This document shows positions 12,816 to 27,007 of a DNA stretch of 64,000 nt, piece by piece (positions within the stretch are counted from its first letter, which is position 1; every line of letters starts with the position of its first letter). The stretch comes from Lama guanicoe (lineage: Eukaryota), in the NCBI GenBank assembly GCA_013239625.1, contig MU053881.1, positions 2,914,001 through 2,978,000 of the forward strand, in the 5' to 3' direction. Both the position numbers and the translations under genes were made by a program. The notes under the pieces were generated by a model that was given only the letters and a program-made list of their open reading frames with translations, did no database searches and was not told where the DNA came from.

Positions 12816-13193
12816 CACATCCCCACTACACTGTGCTGCCCTTGTAGGTCCCAGGAAGAGACACAGAGCCACGTGAAGTAAGGGTTGGTATTGTTATGTT
12901 GTTAAAAGTGTTTTGGAGGAAGGGGGAATGAATAGGTGGGCTCAAGGTCATGGGGCTAGTGAGCCTGGGGCAGGAGAGGTCAGGGGTCTCAGTGAGTGGT
13001 TTTCCTACGGCAGCTCCCCTGACGCACTTCAGAGACGGGGAGTGTGCCTTCCAGCCAGCGCATCCCGCTGGACAGGAGAACTGGGCTTTTTTGCTGGAGC
13101 TGGGGGTCTGGAATTTGGCCTTGCTTTGTGGGCAACCTTGAGAAGTGGAGAGAGAGGGGAGAGAGGTGGGGACTGGAAAGTACTTGATACTCC

Positions 13194-13262
13194 NNNNNNN
13201 NNNNNNNNNNNNNNNNNNNNNNNNNNNNNNNNNNNNNNNNNNNNNNNNNNNNNNNNNNNNNN
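13194..13262. other. Assembly gap (N run)
   Basis: Run of N next to a G homopolymer. Confidence 1.
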
Positions 13263-15037
13263 GGGGGGGGCAGGGGCTGGTTCCAGCCAGTTCCCAGTGT
13301 CTCCTGCCTTGTGCGATTCTCCCTGCTCCCACCTTCCTCCGAGTGAGAAATAAAGGTGGAGAAATAAAATAATGAAGCCGTGAGTAGGTGAGGTGTTAGG
13401 AAGACAGCTTGTCAGGGTGGGCAGCACAGATGACTGGAGGGTGGGGAGGGAGGTGGTGGGAGGCAAACGTGCAGATCCGAGCTCTGAGAGACTGGGTGGA
13501 GGGGGCCCAGCCTGGGTGTGCAGGGCGGCAGGTGGGGACACTGGAGGGTGACACCCCAGGGACAGGTGCTCCCTGGGAAGACGGTGTTATCTTTTTTCCT
13601 GGCCATAGGGGAGGCTTTGGAATGTTCTTGGAGAATTTATTTTTAGTGAGATTCCCTTTTCACTTTTTTTTTAAAGGATGGAATGGAATGTCATATTTAC
13701 CGTTTATTAAGTGCCTGTTGTATGCTCGGAACCTGTTTCCGTGTATCAGCTCAGTTCCCATCACACACAGTGACTCTCTGAGGTAGAGACTATTACTGAC
13801 ACCATCGACAGGTGGGGGATCTGAGACTCAGGGATGTGGTGGCTCACCCGACACCTTCTGCTTTGATTTATTTATTTTAAATGAGAGAGATGTGCATGGG
13901 GAGCCAGAGTCTGCTTAGACAGAACCCGTCTGAGGGTTTTTGTTTTATTATTATTTTTTTTCCAGGATCTGCTCTTCAGTTTGGCGAATTTGGAGCAGGG
14001 TAGGGGTGGGGGGTTGGGAAAGAAATAAGGTATTAGAGACACACTGGATGCCCAAGGGACAAGGAAACGTCACGTACGTGGTCACAACAACCTTGCCTGT
14101 AAGTATCATCGAGATGGCTCCTGTTACCTTGTAAATCCAGCACTCTCCCCGGCTGGGGATGGGAGTTTGGCCCTAGCTGTTCCAGGCATGTATCCCATCT
14201 CCCTGGCCACAGTGATTGCGCCAGGCATGAGCATGTGACCCAAACCAGGGCAATCACATCCTTTCCTGGAATTAAAAAAAACCTGAGGCTGACAACTCTG
14301 TTTAGCCCCTTGGCATAGTGTAACTATCATCTGAAAGACACATTCTTCACCCCGAGACGCTGAAAGAATTAGACAGGCAGAGAGAAGCAAAGGAAAACAG
14401 GAAGTTCTAATGACATTTCTCCCTTCCCAAAGCCCTGAGTTTTGTTTGAAGAGCTATGTGGCTCTGGGAACACTGACTCCCTCGCTTGGCCTGGCCTCGG
14501 CCACTCAGCATGTTTTATTCCCCTACTACAGAAATTGCCAGAGATGGTTCAGCCAGGATGAATTAAGGACATTTACTAAATGCTGGGGCACAGTTTCTCT
14601 TTCCTGTTGGAGAAGGACTAGGAAGCAAATGGCTACCCGGTGCGTGTCCATCTGGGGCTCAGCAAGTAAGGGGGTGTTGGGATGAGGTCAGCAATTATGG
14701 AGGAGATGTGAGCAGAGATTCTGGGTCTAGTTCGTGGATCAGTTCCTCCCTGAAGCCCATCTCCCCAAAGATCCTGTAGATGGAGGACCCGTACGTCTCC
14801 TCTGTGGTTTGGGTGTGCCCACAAGCTTCTCAACTGACCAGTTAGTCCTGGTGCTATTTGGGTCCTGATTCCAATCAACTCAGAAGCCAGTTCCACGGAG
14901 TCTCCCCTGGCCACTGTCTTCTTGTGTGAACCATTATACTTCTTATTTTGCTTCTTTCTTAAAAACTTTAAATGTTATTTAAAAACATTTTAACAGAAAC
15001 TTAAAAACATATAGAGAAGTGGACAGAGTAGTATAAT

Positions 15038-15278
15038 GCATGCATTCTCAACCAGGATGGAGGTGGGGTCAAAGGGTGGCAAAAATGAGTTCTTGGACAG
15101 AGGGGGTGAGTGAATCTTAACTATTATGATTTGTGGTCCTCCAAAGGGCCATGTACATAGACAAATACACAGTATATCCTTGGTACTAAAATTTCAGGGG
15201 TGGAGGAATGATTGGAAAATAATGTGTAAGAAGGCCTTTGGGGGATGGTAATGAAAAACTAGGTTGAGAAACACAGGT
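15038..15278. mobile_element. Non-autonomous hAT/Charlie-like DNA transposon within an old L1 3' end
   Basis: Imperfect inverted ends TGCATTCTCAACC ... GGTTGAGAAACAC; subfamily not assigned. Confidence 0.55.
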
Positions 15279-15789
15279 GTAATGAACCCCATGTAACCAC
15301 TTTTCAGCTTTGACAGCTGTCAACTCATGGCTAATATTGTTTCAGTTATTCCCCTCCTATGCTATTTTGAAGCAAATCTCAAATGTCACATAATTTTATC
15401 CATAAATATTTCAGTACGAATCTCTAAAAGAGACTCTAAAAAATGTAACCACATTGTTATTACACTTAAAATTAAAGATACTTTCTTAACAACACGGAAT
15501 ACCCAGTGAGTGTTCAAGTTTCTAATAAGATGTCTGCATCAGATCCAAATCAGGATTATTATAATTGGTTAATAGATTTCCTTGGCCTAGTTAACATAAG
15601 GTTCCCTGTGGTTCTCTTTCTTTTTTCTTGCCACTTATATTTGAAGAAATTGGGTCATTCACCTGTAGAGTTTTTTACAGTGGATTTTGTGGATTGCAGA
15701 CTTGTGGCATCATTTACTATACTGCTGTGATTTAATTTGAGATATGACTGATATAAAGTAAGCTGCATAATTTATGTAATTTTATAAAA

Positions 15790-18700
15790 TTTGACATGAT
15801 CTTAGGAGGAAAGTATTCAGTCTTTCACTATTAAGTATGATGTTAATTGCAGTTTTTTGCAGATGATTTTTATTAGATTGAGTAAATTCCTTTATATTCC
15901 TTTATATTCTTAGTTTTCTGTGAGTTTTAAAAAAAATCAGAAATGGATATTGAATATTTTCAAATGCCGTTTCTTTCTATGAAAATTATTATATGGCTTC
16001 TGTTTTTGAGTTTGTTAATATTGTGAATTATGTGGATTGATTTTTCAAATATTAAACCAACCTTGAATTCTGGCATAAAATCCACTTGGTCATGATATGT
16101 TATCATTTTAGTATATTGCTAGATTCAAATTGCTGAAGTTCATTGAGACTTTTAAAAAAATCTGTTTATGGGCACTATTGGTCCATAGTTTTTTTTTTTT
16201 TTTTTTTTCCCCTTAGTGTCTTTGTCTGGTTTTGGTATCTGGTAATGCTTGCTTCGTGAAATGAATTTGAAAATGTTACTCTTCCTCAATGTTTTGGAAA
16301 AGTTTTTGTAAAACTGATTTTTTTATTCCTTAAGTGCTTGATAACTTTCATAGGTGAGGCCCGGTGGACCTAGAGTTTTCATTGTGGGAAAGTTTTTAAC
16401 TACAATTTCAATTTCTAAAATATATTGGGAGCTATTCTCTTAACTATATCATCTTGAGTTTTTGTGGTTATATCCTTCAATGAATTTGTCTACTCCATCT
16501 AAGTTTTCAGATATACTGATATAAATGATTCATGGTATTCTCCTATCCTTTCAGTATCTGTAGGACCTGTAATAGTCTCACTTCTCTCTTTTTTGACTTT
16601 GGTAGCTTTTGTTTTACTTTCTTCCTAATCCATCAAGCTAGAAGTATCAATTCTATTGATCTCAAACAATTACTTTTTTCTTTTATTGTTTTTCTCTGTT
16701 ATTTTTCCACTTTGTAGTTCATTGACTTCCACTCTTTATTATTTCCTTTCTTCTGCTTACTTTGGCTTTAATTTCTTTTCTTATTCTAGTTTTATAGCCA
16801 AAATGAACTCAGTGACTTAAAGTTTTATTTTCTAATATAGACACTTAGTGCTATAAATTTCCCACTAAACAGTGCTTTAGCAGCCTCTCACAGATTTTGA
16901 TATGTTGTATTTTCATTTTCATTCAGTTCAAAATACTTTCTAATGTCTTTTTGATTTCTTCTTTGATCCATGTGTTACTTAGAAGTGGGGTATTTAGTTT
17001 CCAAATATTTGATTTTTTTTCCAGGGATGTTCTTGTTACAGATTTTTAATTTAATTATATTTTGGTGAGAAAACACACTTTTTATGGCTTGATTCCTTTA
17101 AATTTATTGAGACGTTTTATGGCCCAGAATGTGGTTTATCTTGGTAAATGTTCCATGTACCCTTGAGAAGAATGTGTATTCTGCTGTTTTTTGGATGGAA
17201 TGTTCTGTAGATATCAATCAGGTCAATTGTTAGTATTGTTCAGGTCTTCTGTCTTCTTGCTGATTTTCAATCTAGTTGTTCCATTAATTATTGGGGTTTG
17301 CAATTTCTGGCTAAGATTGTGCATTTGTTTATTTTCCTTGCAGTACTGTTAGTTTTCATTTTATGTATTTTGAAACTCTGATATTAGGTGCATATTAGGT
17401 GTTTAAGATGGTTATGTTATTTTGATTAATTGGCCCCTTTATTATGAAATGGTCTTTTTCTCCTGTAGTATTCTTGGCTCTGAAATCTACTTTGTCTAAT
17501 ATTAATATACCCACTTAAGCTGTCTTTTGACTTGTGTTAGCATGCTATAACTTTCCTATCTTTTTACTCTTTAACTCTTGGTGCCTTTATATTTCAAGTC
17601 TATTTCTAATAGATAGCATATAGTCTAGTCTGCCTTTTTATAAACTGCTATCTGATAATCCCTGCATTTTAATTAGGAGTGTTTAGATCACCCACATTTA
17701 AAGTGATTATTAATATGGTTACATCATCTTGCTATTTGTGTTCTATTCCTTATCTGTTCTTTGTCCCCTTTTTCCTTTTTTCTGACTTCTTTTGGATTAA
17801 TTTTTGATTATTCTATTATATCATTCACAATAGTAGGTTATTAGCTATATTTTTGTTTAGTTACTTTAGTGGTTATTTTAGGGTTTATAATATACATCTT
17901 TAACTTTTCACAGTCTATATTCAAGTACTATGATACCGCTTCATATATAGTATAGCAAGTTTACAATAATGTTTTTCCATTTTTTTCTCTCCTATTCTTT
18001 ATGCTGTTAGTATCAGGCATCATCCTTTTGCTTATGTTTTAAAATCCAGAATACATTATTATAGTCAATTATCCATTTAAAATTTTCAAAAAAATAAGCA
18101 ATAAATCTTTTATACTTACCTACATAGTTATCATTTCTGTTGCTCTTTATTCTTTTTTGTGGATTCAGATTTCCATCTGGTATTACTCTTCCTTGCCTAA
18201 AGGCCTTCCTTGAACATATCTTGTAGTGTGGGTCTGCTGGGATGAATTCCTTCAGGCTTTGTTTTTAATTTACCTTTTTTTTGAAAAATATTTTCACTGG
18301 GTATAGACTATGTTGACAGGTTTTATCCCCAGTGCTTTAAAGATATTGCTCCACTGTTTTCTTAATTGCCTTAATTTTTATTATAAATCTGTCATCTTAT
18401 CTTGTTCCTCTTAACATGACATGCCTTTTTCCTCTGGCTGCTTTAAATTGTTTTCTTGTTTACTGGTTTTGATAAATTTTATTATAATGTGCATTGTTGT
18501 AATTTTCTTCGGGAATGTGGGGGGTGTGTGTGTGTTTGAGCTCTTTGAGCATCTTGAATCTGTGGTTTTTATTTTTTATCAAGTTTGGAAAAAAATGGTC
18601 ATTGTTTCTTCCATTTTTTTCTGTTTTCTCCCCACTCCAGTCCTTTGGTGCCTTAAATTATATGTGTTTAGGCCTCTAGACCTATTCAGATTATCTATTT

Positions 18701-19860
18701 CTGTCTGAATGAGTTAAGGTAGATTGTGTCTTTCAGGGTACTGGTGTATTTCATCTAGGTCATCAAATTTGTGGGCATAGGTTTGCTAATACTCTTTTAA
18801 TTTTTTTTCTTGTGTTTTATTTTGGGTAGTTTCTATTGCTGTATCTTCAAGTTTTCTAGTCTTCTTCTGCAGTATTTTATCTACTGTTAATCTCATCCTG
18901 TGTATTTCTAAAATTTCAAACATTGTCATTTTCATCTCTGGAAGTTTGACTTAGGTCTTTGTAATATTTTCTGTATCTCTACTTTTTGAAACATGAAGTA
19001 CAGTTGCAATAACTTTTAGTGTATTTCTTTGTTAATATTTTATGTATTTCTTTCATGTAACTTTTAATTATTTCTTTGCATTGGTGTTAGTTCTTGGTCA
19101 GTTTTGATTTATTGATTATTCTCCTCATTATGGTTTGTGTTTTTTCTTACCTGTATGCATGTCTGATAATCTTTTACTAGGTCCTGGATGTTTTGAATTT
19201 TCCCGTTGGGTGCTGGATATTTTTGTATTCATATAAATCCTCTTAATCTCTAATCTGGATTCCAGTTAAGTTATTTGGAAACAGCTTGATCTTTTTGGTT
19301 CTTGCTATTAGGATTGATTTGTTAGAAAGGTCTACAGCAGTGCTCAGTCTAGGTTGAGTTTCTCATAACTCAGGGAAGACCCTTATGAGTGCTCTACCTA
19401 ATGCTCCATGAACTTTTAGGCTTACATTAGGCTGGTGGTAACAGACACTGTTCCCAGCCCTCTGTGGGTGCCAGGCCCTGTTTCCTCCCATCTTTTCAGA
19501 TGATTTTTCCCCCCACAGCCTCAGTTATTTCTCTAGCATGTGTGAGCTGATCACTATTCTATTGTGTACTTCAGGGGGACCCTCTGCATATTTGTGGGGT
19601 TCTCTCTCTAGGCAGCTCTCTTGTCTCTGACACTTTGGTCTAGCAGGTCTAGCTGCCTTGGTCTCCTGGGACTGACAGTTCTATCTCAACTCAGAGAATC
19701 AGCTGGAAGGCCTAAGGTCTGTCTCAATTCAAAATACACTAAGCTGGAACACCCAGAATACATTAAGCTGGCTCATTTTGTTTATTTCCAATCTCTCAGA
19801 GATTACTGTCCCTTGTTGCCTGATGTCCTCAAAAACTGTTGTTTCATTTATTTTGTCTTC
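15790..19860 (-). mobile_element. Old L1 ORF2-to-5' region, degenerate
   Basis: T-rich antisense L1 motifs (TTCAGTCTTTCACTATTAAGTATGATGTTA, CCACTTGGTCATGAT, CTTGAGAAGAATGTGTATTCTGCTG). Confidence 0.85.
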
Positions 19861-20721
19861 AAAATGTATATTTAAATTAAAATTTTAATTATAGTAAAAA
19901 TACATAACATAAAATTTACCATCTGAACCATTCTTAAATGTTTAGTGCAGTAATGTTAAGGACATTTATATTGCTGTGCAACAGATCTCCAGAACTCTTT
20001 ATATCTTACAAAACATGAACCTGATATACATTAAACAATAACTCTTCATTCTCCCCTTCTCCCAGACCCTGGTAACCATTGTTCTACTTCTGTCTCTGTG
20101 AATTTGACTATTCTAGGCTCCTCTACGTAAGTAGAATCACACAATATTTGTCCTTTTGTGACTAGCTTATTTCATTTAGCATAATGTCCTAAGGTCCATC
20201 ATGTGATAGCATGTGGGGGAAGTTCTCTCCAATTTAGGCAGAATAATATTCCACTTTATGTCTATGGCACATTTTTTTTATCCATTCATCTGTCAATGAG
20301 CACTTGGGTTGCTTCCATCTTTTTGCTATTGCAAATAATGTTACTATGAACATGAGTATACAAGTATCTCCTTGAGACACTGCTTTTAATTCTTTTGAGG
20401 ATATACACAGAAGTGAAATTGCTGGATCATATGGTCATTCTATTTTTAATTTTTTGAGAAACCACAATGCTGTTTTCCATAGCAACTATACCACTTTATA
20501 CTCCCACCAACAGTACACAAGGGTTCCAATTTCTCCATATTCTCACCAACATTTGTAATTTTCTTTCTTTTTTTTGGATAGTAGTCTTCCTAAGAGGTAT
20601 GGGGTGGTATCTCATTATGATTTTGATTTTAATTTTCCTCATAATTAGTGATGTTGAGCATTTTTTCACATGCTCCTTGGTGGTTTGTATACCTTCTTTG
20701 GAGAAATGTCTATTTAAGGAT

Positions 20722-20830
20722 ACAGTTCTTCTGTAATCTCAGACTCAACTGTGTAGTATTCACTATTGAAAAAAAAATCTACGGATAAGTGGACCTGTGC
20801 ACTTCAAACCCATGTTGCTCAAGGGTCAAT
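20722..20830. mobile_element. Tigger2-like (Tc1/mariner) remnant
   Basis: ATAAGTGGACCTGTGCACTTCAAACCCATGTTGCTCAAGGGTCAA matches the Tigger2 terminus. Confidence 0.7.
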
Positions 20831-21190
20831 TAGATTAGTATGCTCAGGCTGCCCTAACAAAGTACCACAGACTGATTGGCTTAAACAACAGAAATTTATT
20901 TTCTGCCAGTTCTGGAGGCTGGAAGTCCAAGATCAAGGTGCTGGAAAATTTGGCTTCTGGTGAGGACTCTCTACTTGATTTGTATTTTAGTCACCTTCTC
21001 ACTGGGTTGTCACATGGCTTTTCCTCTGTGTGATGTCCTCTTCTTATGGCACGAGTTGTATTGGATCAAGGCTCCACCTTATTACTTCATTTAACCTTAG
21101 TTACCTCCTTGAAAGTTCATTTCCAAATACAGTCACACTGGAGCTTAGGGCTTCATGTATGAATTTTGGTCACAATTCAGTTTTTAACAA
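20831..21190 (-). mobile_element. MaLR solo LTR (MLT1A-like)
   Basis: GGCTTAAACAACAGAAATTTATT...GTTCTGGAGGCTGGAAGTCCAAGATCAAGG. Confidence 0.85.
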
Positions 21191-22392
21191 AGTTTTCTGT
21201 TCATTTAAAAAATGGGCTGTTTTAACTTTTGTTGTTGACTTGTAGGAGTTCTTTATATATTCCTGTTATTAACGCCTTATTATATATATGATTTGCAGAT
21301 ATTTCCTCCCATTCTGTAGGCTGCCTTTCAATCAGCTGATTGTGTCCTTTGATGCATACAAGTTTTAACTTTTGGTGTCATTCAACTGACCTGTTTTTAC
21401 TTTTGTTGCCAGTGCTTTTGGTAGTATATCCAAGGAATCACTGCCACTACAATGTCATGAAGCTTTCCCTCTGTGTTTTCTTCTAAGAGTTTTTTTTTTT
21501 TTTTTTTGCCACATGGCTTTCCATGCTTACCAACACTGTTTGTTGAAAAGACTATTCTTTCTGCATTGAATGATCTTGGTACCCTTGAAGATTATATGTG
21601 GAGATTTATTGCTGGGCTCTCCGTTCTATTCCACTGGTCTGTACGTCTGTGTTTATGCCAGTACCACACTGTTTTGATCACTGTAGCTTTGTAGTAAGTT
21701 TTGAAATCAGGCAGTGTGAGTCCTCTAGCTTCGTTCTTCTCTATTAAGGTTGTTTTGGCTACTTGGAGTTCCTTAAAATTCTGTATGGATTTAGGATGGA
21801 TTTTTCTATTTCTATACAAACGTCATTGGGATTTTGATAGGGAAGCATTGAATCTATAGATGATCATTTGTAGTGTTCCTTACAATATCAGGTCTTCTAA
21901 TCCATGAGCATGGGACTTTTTTTTTTTACATTTATTTATGTCTTCTTTTGTTTCTTTGAGAAACATTAAATAGTTTTCCGTGTACCAGTCTTTTACCTTC
22001 TTGGTTAAGTTTATTCCTAAGTATTTTATTCTTTCTGATGCTATTGTAAATGGAATTTTTAAAAAAATTTCTTTTTCAGAATGTTCATTGTTAGTTTACA
22101 GAAATGCAACTGATTTTTATGTGTTGATTTTGTATCCTGCAACTTTGTTGAATTCACTTAGTAGTTCTAACAGTTTTCCTGTGGAATATTTAGGCTCTTC
22201 TGCTTATGAGATCATGTCTCTGAACAGAGATGATTTTACTTCTTCCTTTGCAATTTGGAAGCCTTTCATTTCTTTCCCTTGCCTAATTGCTCTGGCTAAG
22301 ATGTCTCGTACTTTGTTAGAAGAAATCCTCCTGCATAATCACAACACCATTATCACACCTTAGACTGTTTAGTCACATCCTGTATTATCATC

Positions 22393-22930
22393 TGTATTAG
22401 TTGTGTACTACTGTGTAACACATTACTCCAAAACATAGAAGATTACAACAGTAAACATTTATCTCACAGTTCCTGAGTGTTAGGAATTTGAGAGCACCTT
22501 AGCTGAGTGATTCCGGTTCAGGGTCTCTTGTGAGGTTGTAATAAATCTGTTGGTTGAAACTGCATTCATCTCAAGACTTAAGTAATGCTGAAGGATTCAC
22601 TTTCAAGCTCATTTCATGGTTGATGTCTGGATGCCTCAGGTCCTTGCTTCTTTGCTCCAGCCACAGGCTACTTGAGTGTTCTCATGGCAATGCTAAGTAG
22701 CTTTGCCCAAACCGAGTGTTTAGTGAGAGAGAGAGTGCAAGAGAGGGCCCAGGATGGAAGCTGTCGTTTTTTATAACCTAATTATGGCAGCGACATACCA
22801 TCACTTCTGCAACATGGTATTAGACACCAGACCAACCCTGCTGGAATGTAGACGGGACTTCACTAGGGTCCTCCAGTTAGGGTGTGGAGGCAGGGTCATT
22901 GTGGTCCATCTTGGAGGCTGTCTACCTCAT
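22393..22930 (-). mobile_element. MaLR solo LTR (MLT1F/G-like)
   Basis: TGTATTAGTT...CCATCTTGGAGGCTGTCTACC; related to the plus-strand copy at 52.6-53.2 kb. Confidence 0.75.
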
Positions 22931-23070
22931 CATCTCATAGTCAATCTATAGTCCAAGTCCCCCACACAGCCTATTATTTTTTTTTAAAACTAGTATCCAT
23001 TGCACTTGGTTGTTATATAGCTTTAGTTTTTAAAATCTAGAACATTGATTTTCTGAAGAGGCCAGGCCAG

Positions 23071-23071
<1 letters not shown>

Positions 23072-23114
<43 letters not shown>
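23072..23114. repeat. (TATC)10 microsatellite
   Basis: Perfect tetranucleotide run. Confidence 0.98.
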
Positions 23115-23175
23115 TTATTTTATTTTTATTTTTTTGTGGGGGACGTAATTAGGTTTATTCATTTATTTATTTAAT

Positions 23176-23510
23176 AGATAACCCATAACTCAGAAAGGAG
23201 ACAGGACCTTTAAAGAGGCAATTAAAGTAAAATGAGGTCATATGAGTGGCCCTGACCCAATATGACTGGTGCCCCTTTAAGAGAAGGAAATGAGGGCACA
23301 GGCAGTGAGAAACACCAGACACTTGGGCAGCAGAGGAAAGACCTCACTGAAGACACAGAGGGGCTGCTGCCTGCGAGCCAAGGGGAGAGGCTCAGAGGGA
23401 ACCAAACCTGCTGGCCCTGGCTCTTGGATTTCTGGCCTCCAGAACCGTGAGGGGGTGAATTTCTGTTGTTTAAGCCACACATCCGTGGTTCTTTGTTATG
23501 GTGGGTCGGA
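23176..23510 (+). mobile_element. MaLR LTR (MLT1A/B-like), 5' part missing
   Basis: AAAATGAGGTCAT...CCAATATGACTGGTG...TTCTGTTGTTTAAGCCAC. Confidence 0.8.
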
Positions 23511-24424
23511 TACAGAGGGGCTGTTATTGGTTTCCTGGCGTCCTTCTTCATTACAGAAATATCAGAGCTGTGTCGGTCCGAGTCAGTGCTATCTTCTGTA
23601 ATAAACATCCCCCAAATATATAATGGGACACACAGAATCAAAGTTTATTTTTGTTCAAAACAGGAATTTCTGATAAATGGGCATTTCCCCTTCCACTGGT
23701 GATGCAGGGACTCATGTTCCAGCCGTTTTGTCCACCACCTTCAAAGCTTGACCTCCAAGATGCTTGTCTGCATCAGGCCATGGAAGCAGATGAAGGGAGG
23801 AGGTGGCAGGGAAGGGCTTTCTGGGCAGTCCTGGAAGTGACACACATCACTTCTGCTCACATGCCTTTGGCCAAAACCCAGTGACCAGACTGCACGGAGC
23901 TGCCTGGGAAGTGTAGCCTAGCTGTGGGACCAGGAGGAAGAGGATGAGGCTTGGGGAAAAACAACAAGTGTTTGTCCCAAGTGTAAGTCATTAGAGAATG
24001 ACCCTCCCCCATCATGTTATCCCAGTCAGATAGGATACTCTGAATGGCTTCTTGAGGCCTCATTTTCAGATAGGACTACCTGGCTCAGCTGTGTTTATGA
24101 AAGCTGCCTTTGGTTCTACAGCTCCTCAGAGACTCTGCACAGAGCCAAAGCAAGCCAAAGCGCAATGCTGGTTCTCATTCTTGGGTTGGGCTGGCATTTT
24201 CTGAATTCATTGACCAAGGTGTCTGAAGGCTTAGTGAAGAACCCTGTGAGGAAGGTATTTTAGGCTCCACTTTAGAGATGCAGAGACAGATGAAGTAAAG
24301 TCATGTAGTTGCACACGGCAGAGTCCAGACTCAAACCAGGGCTGGTTGGCTCAGAGTCTTTGTGCCAGAGTGTAGCTGCAGTGACTCTTGCTTTCAATAA
24401 GTGGAAGCCCCTGTTAGAGGTTTT

Positions 24425-24516
24425 TTCCCCCCCTAATGGAGGCACTGGGGATTGAACCCAGGACCTCATGCATGCCAAACATGTGCCCTGCCACTGAGCT
24501 ATCCACCCCCAGCCCC
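24425..24516 (-). mobile_element. tRNA-derived SINE (Vic-1-like, short form)
   Basis: TGGAGGCACTGGGGATTGAACCCAGGACC...CCACTGAGCTA. TSD GTTAGAGGTTTT at 24413-24424 and 24517-24528. Confidence 0.88.
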
Positions 24517-25669
24517 GTTAGAGGTTTTAATGTATCTTCGGTTAACAGGAATTTATGGTTGAGTCTCAATTCTGTCTCTTATTATCTGTCTGCCTTATTG
24601 TCTCTCTCTTGTCTCTTATCCAAGCTTTGTGATCTTGGTTGGGTTTCTTTGTCTCTTGGAGCCTTTTTCGTCTGTGCTATGGGGATGATAATACCTAACT
24701 CACAGAGGTTTCTTAGGGGCTAAAGAAGATGGTACCTGTGAACAGGCTTTCTACAGTGCTCTGAGCATGTAAGATCGGGGCCCTGGCTCGCGTGACTGTC
24801 GATTTCAAGGCTGGAGGTGGACATAAACCCAGCATAAGAACAGGAAGTCTGGGGCTGCAGGGACTGGAGGGCACATGACAGGGGCCATTGGAAGAGATAA
24901 GAGGCCACTGCAGTTCATTCCCAGCTGACTGTGGGAACTAGATCTCAGCATGTAAACCATCTATTTTCCAAGACAGCCAAAAACCTCAACTTGTTTATGA
25001 ACCCTCTCAACTTTCAAATGTTGGCATCTTATCGAAACGGAAATCATGTGAACCAAACAACAAGTTCTCAACTGCGGATGAGAGGAGATTTTGGTCGTGG
25101 AGCTCCTACAGTGTGCCAGGGTCTGTGCTGGGCCGGCAAGAGGCAAGGCAAGTTGGCCTGCCCTCCCCTGGGAGGCGGTAAACCAGCGGAGAGAGACGCC
25201 TTCTGCAGGGGAGGGGACCCTATAATAGGATTTGGTGTAATGGGATTGGACCCGCATTATCCTTGAACTCCTCAGGCCTGGGTCTGCAGAACACTCTTTG
25301 TAGCTGAAATTGACACTATAAAGCAATTTGCGGGCTTGGAGGGGACGTCTCGGGAAGCGTTTCCAGGGCTTTAGTGTTTCCTGAGGGCTTTCACTATCTC
25401 ATTTGACCCACTCTGTTAAATGGGCAGCAATCCCACTCTCCTGGTGGGGCAGCCAAAGCTTATAGGAAATAAAGGTCTGAGAGTCCCATGAGCTGGCCCG
25501 GGACCCAGGGCTCGTGAATCTGTTTCCCCCACCTTGCCACACAGTGGCTCAGCTAGAGAAGGGAGAATGGGGACCGACCATATCTGAACACCGGCTGTTC
25601 ATACTGATCTGACTGGATCTTCGCTCAACCCTGTGAGATCAGCCTCACTTTCAGTCTCTGTGTGTCTTT

Positions 25670-27007
25670 TTAAAAAAAGCTTATATTTATTTTTATTTTT
25701 TTTATTGAGTTACAGTCAGTTTACTATGTTGTGTCAATGTTTCCAGTGTAGAGCACAATTTTTCGGTTATACATGAACATATATATATTCATTGTCACAT
25801 TCTTTTTTGCTGTGAGCTACCCCAAGATCTTGTATATATTTCCCTGTGCTACACAGTATAATCTTGTTTATCTATTCTGCATATGCCTGTCAGTATCTAC
25901 AAATTTTAATATCCCAGTCTGTCCCTTCCCAGGCCCCTTCCCCCTGGCAACCACAAGTTTGTATTCTATATCTATGAGTCTGTTTCTGCTTTGTATTTAT
26001 GTTCATTTTTTAAAAATTCCACATATAAGCAATCTCATATGGTATTTTTCTTTCTCTTTCTCTCTGGCTTACTTCACTTAGAATGACATTCTCCAGGAAC
26101 ATCCATGTTGCTGCAAATGGTGTTATGTTGTTGTTTTTTTTATGGCTGAATAGTATTCCATTGTATAAATATACCACATCTTCTTTATCCAGTCATCTGT
26201 TGATGGACATTTAGGCTGTATCCATGTCTTGGCTATTGTAAATAGTGCTGCTATGAACATTGGGGTGCAGCTGTCATCCTGAAGTAGGGTTCCTTCTGGA
26301 TATAAGCCCAGGAGTGGGATTCCTGGGTCATATGTTAAGTCTATTCCTAGTCTTTTGAGGAATCTCCACACTGTTTTCCACAGTGGCTGCACCAAACTGC
26401 ATTCCCACCAGCAGTGTCGGAGGGTTCCCCTTTCTCCACATCCTCTCCAGCATTTATCATTTGTGGATTTTTGAATGATGGCCATTCTGACTGGTGTGAG
26501 GTGATACCTCATTGTAGTTTTGATTTGCACTTCTCTGATAATTAGTGCTACTGAGCATTTTTTCATGTGCCTATTGATCATTTGTATGTCTTCCTTGGAG
26601 AATTGCTTGTTTAGGTCTTCTGCCCATCTTTGGATTGGGTTGTTTGTTTTTTTCTTGTTAAGTCATATGAGCTGCTTATATATTCTGGAGATCAAGCCTT
26701 TGTCAGTTTCATCTTTTGCAAAAATTTTCTCCCGTTCCATAGGTTGTCATTTTGTTTTGCTTATGGTTTCCTTTGCTATGCAGAAGCTTGTAAGTTTCAT
26801 TAGGTCCCATTTGTTTATTCTTGCTTTTATTTCTATTGCTTGGGTAGACAGCCCTAGGAGAGCATTTTTGAGATGTGTGTCAGATAATGTTTTGCCTACA
26901 TTTTCTTGTAGGAGGTTTATTGTATCTTGTCTTATGTTTAAGTCTTTGACCCATTTTAGTTTATTTTTGCGTATGGGGTAAGGGAGTGTTCTAGCTTCAC
27001 TGATTTA
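25670..27007 (-). mobile_element. Young 5'-truncated L1 (ORF2 C-terminus plus 3'UTR)
   Basis: Minus ORF 26123-26581 is L1 ORF2p with the CCHC region ([18 protein letters not shown]). 14-bp TSD CTCTGTGTGTCTTT at 25656-25669 and 27008-27021. Confidence 0.95.

Larger units (their letters stand above)
19870..22320 (-). mobile_element. L1MB-like element (3'UTR plus ORF2 3' part), interrupted at 20.72-21.19 kb
   Basis: AACATAAAATTTACCATC 3' end. Minus ORF 21592-21819 contains L1 ORF2 residues [29 protein letters not shown]. Confidence 0.9.
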
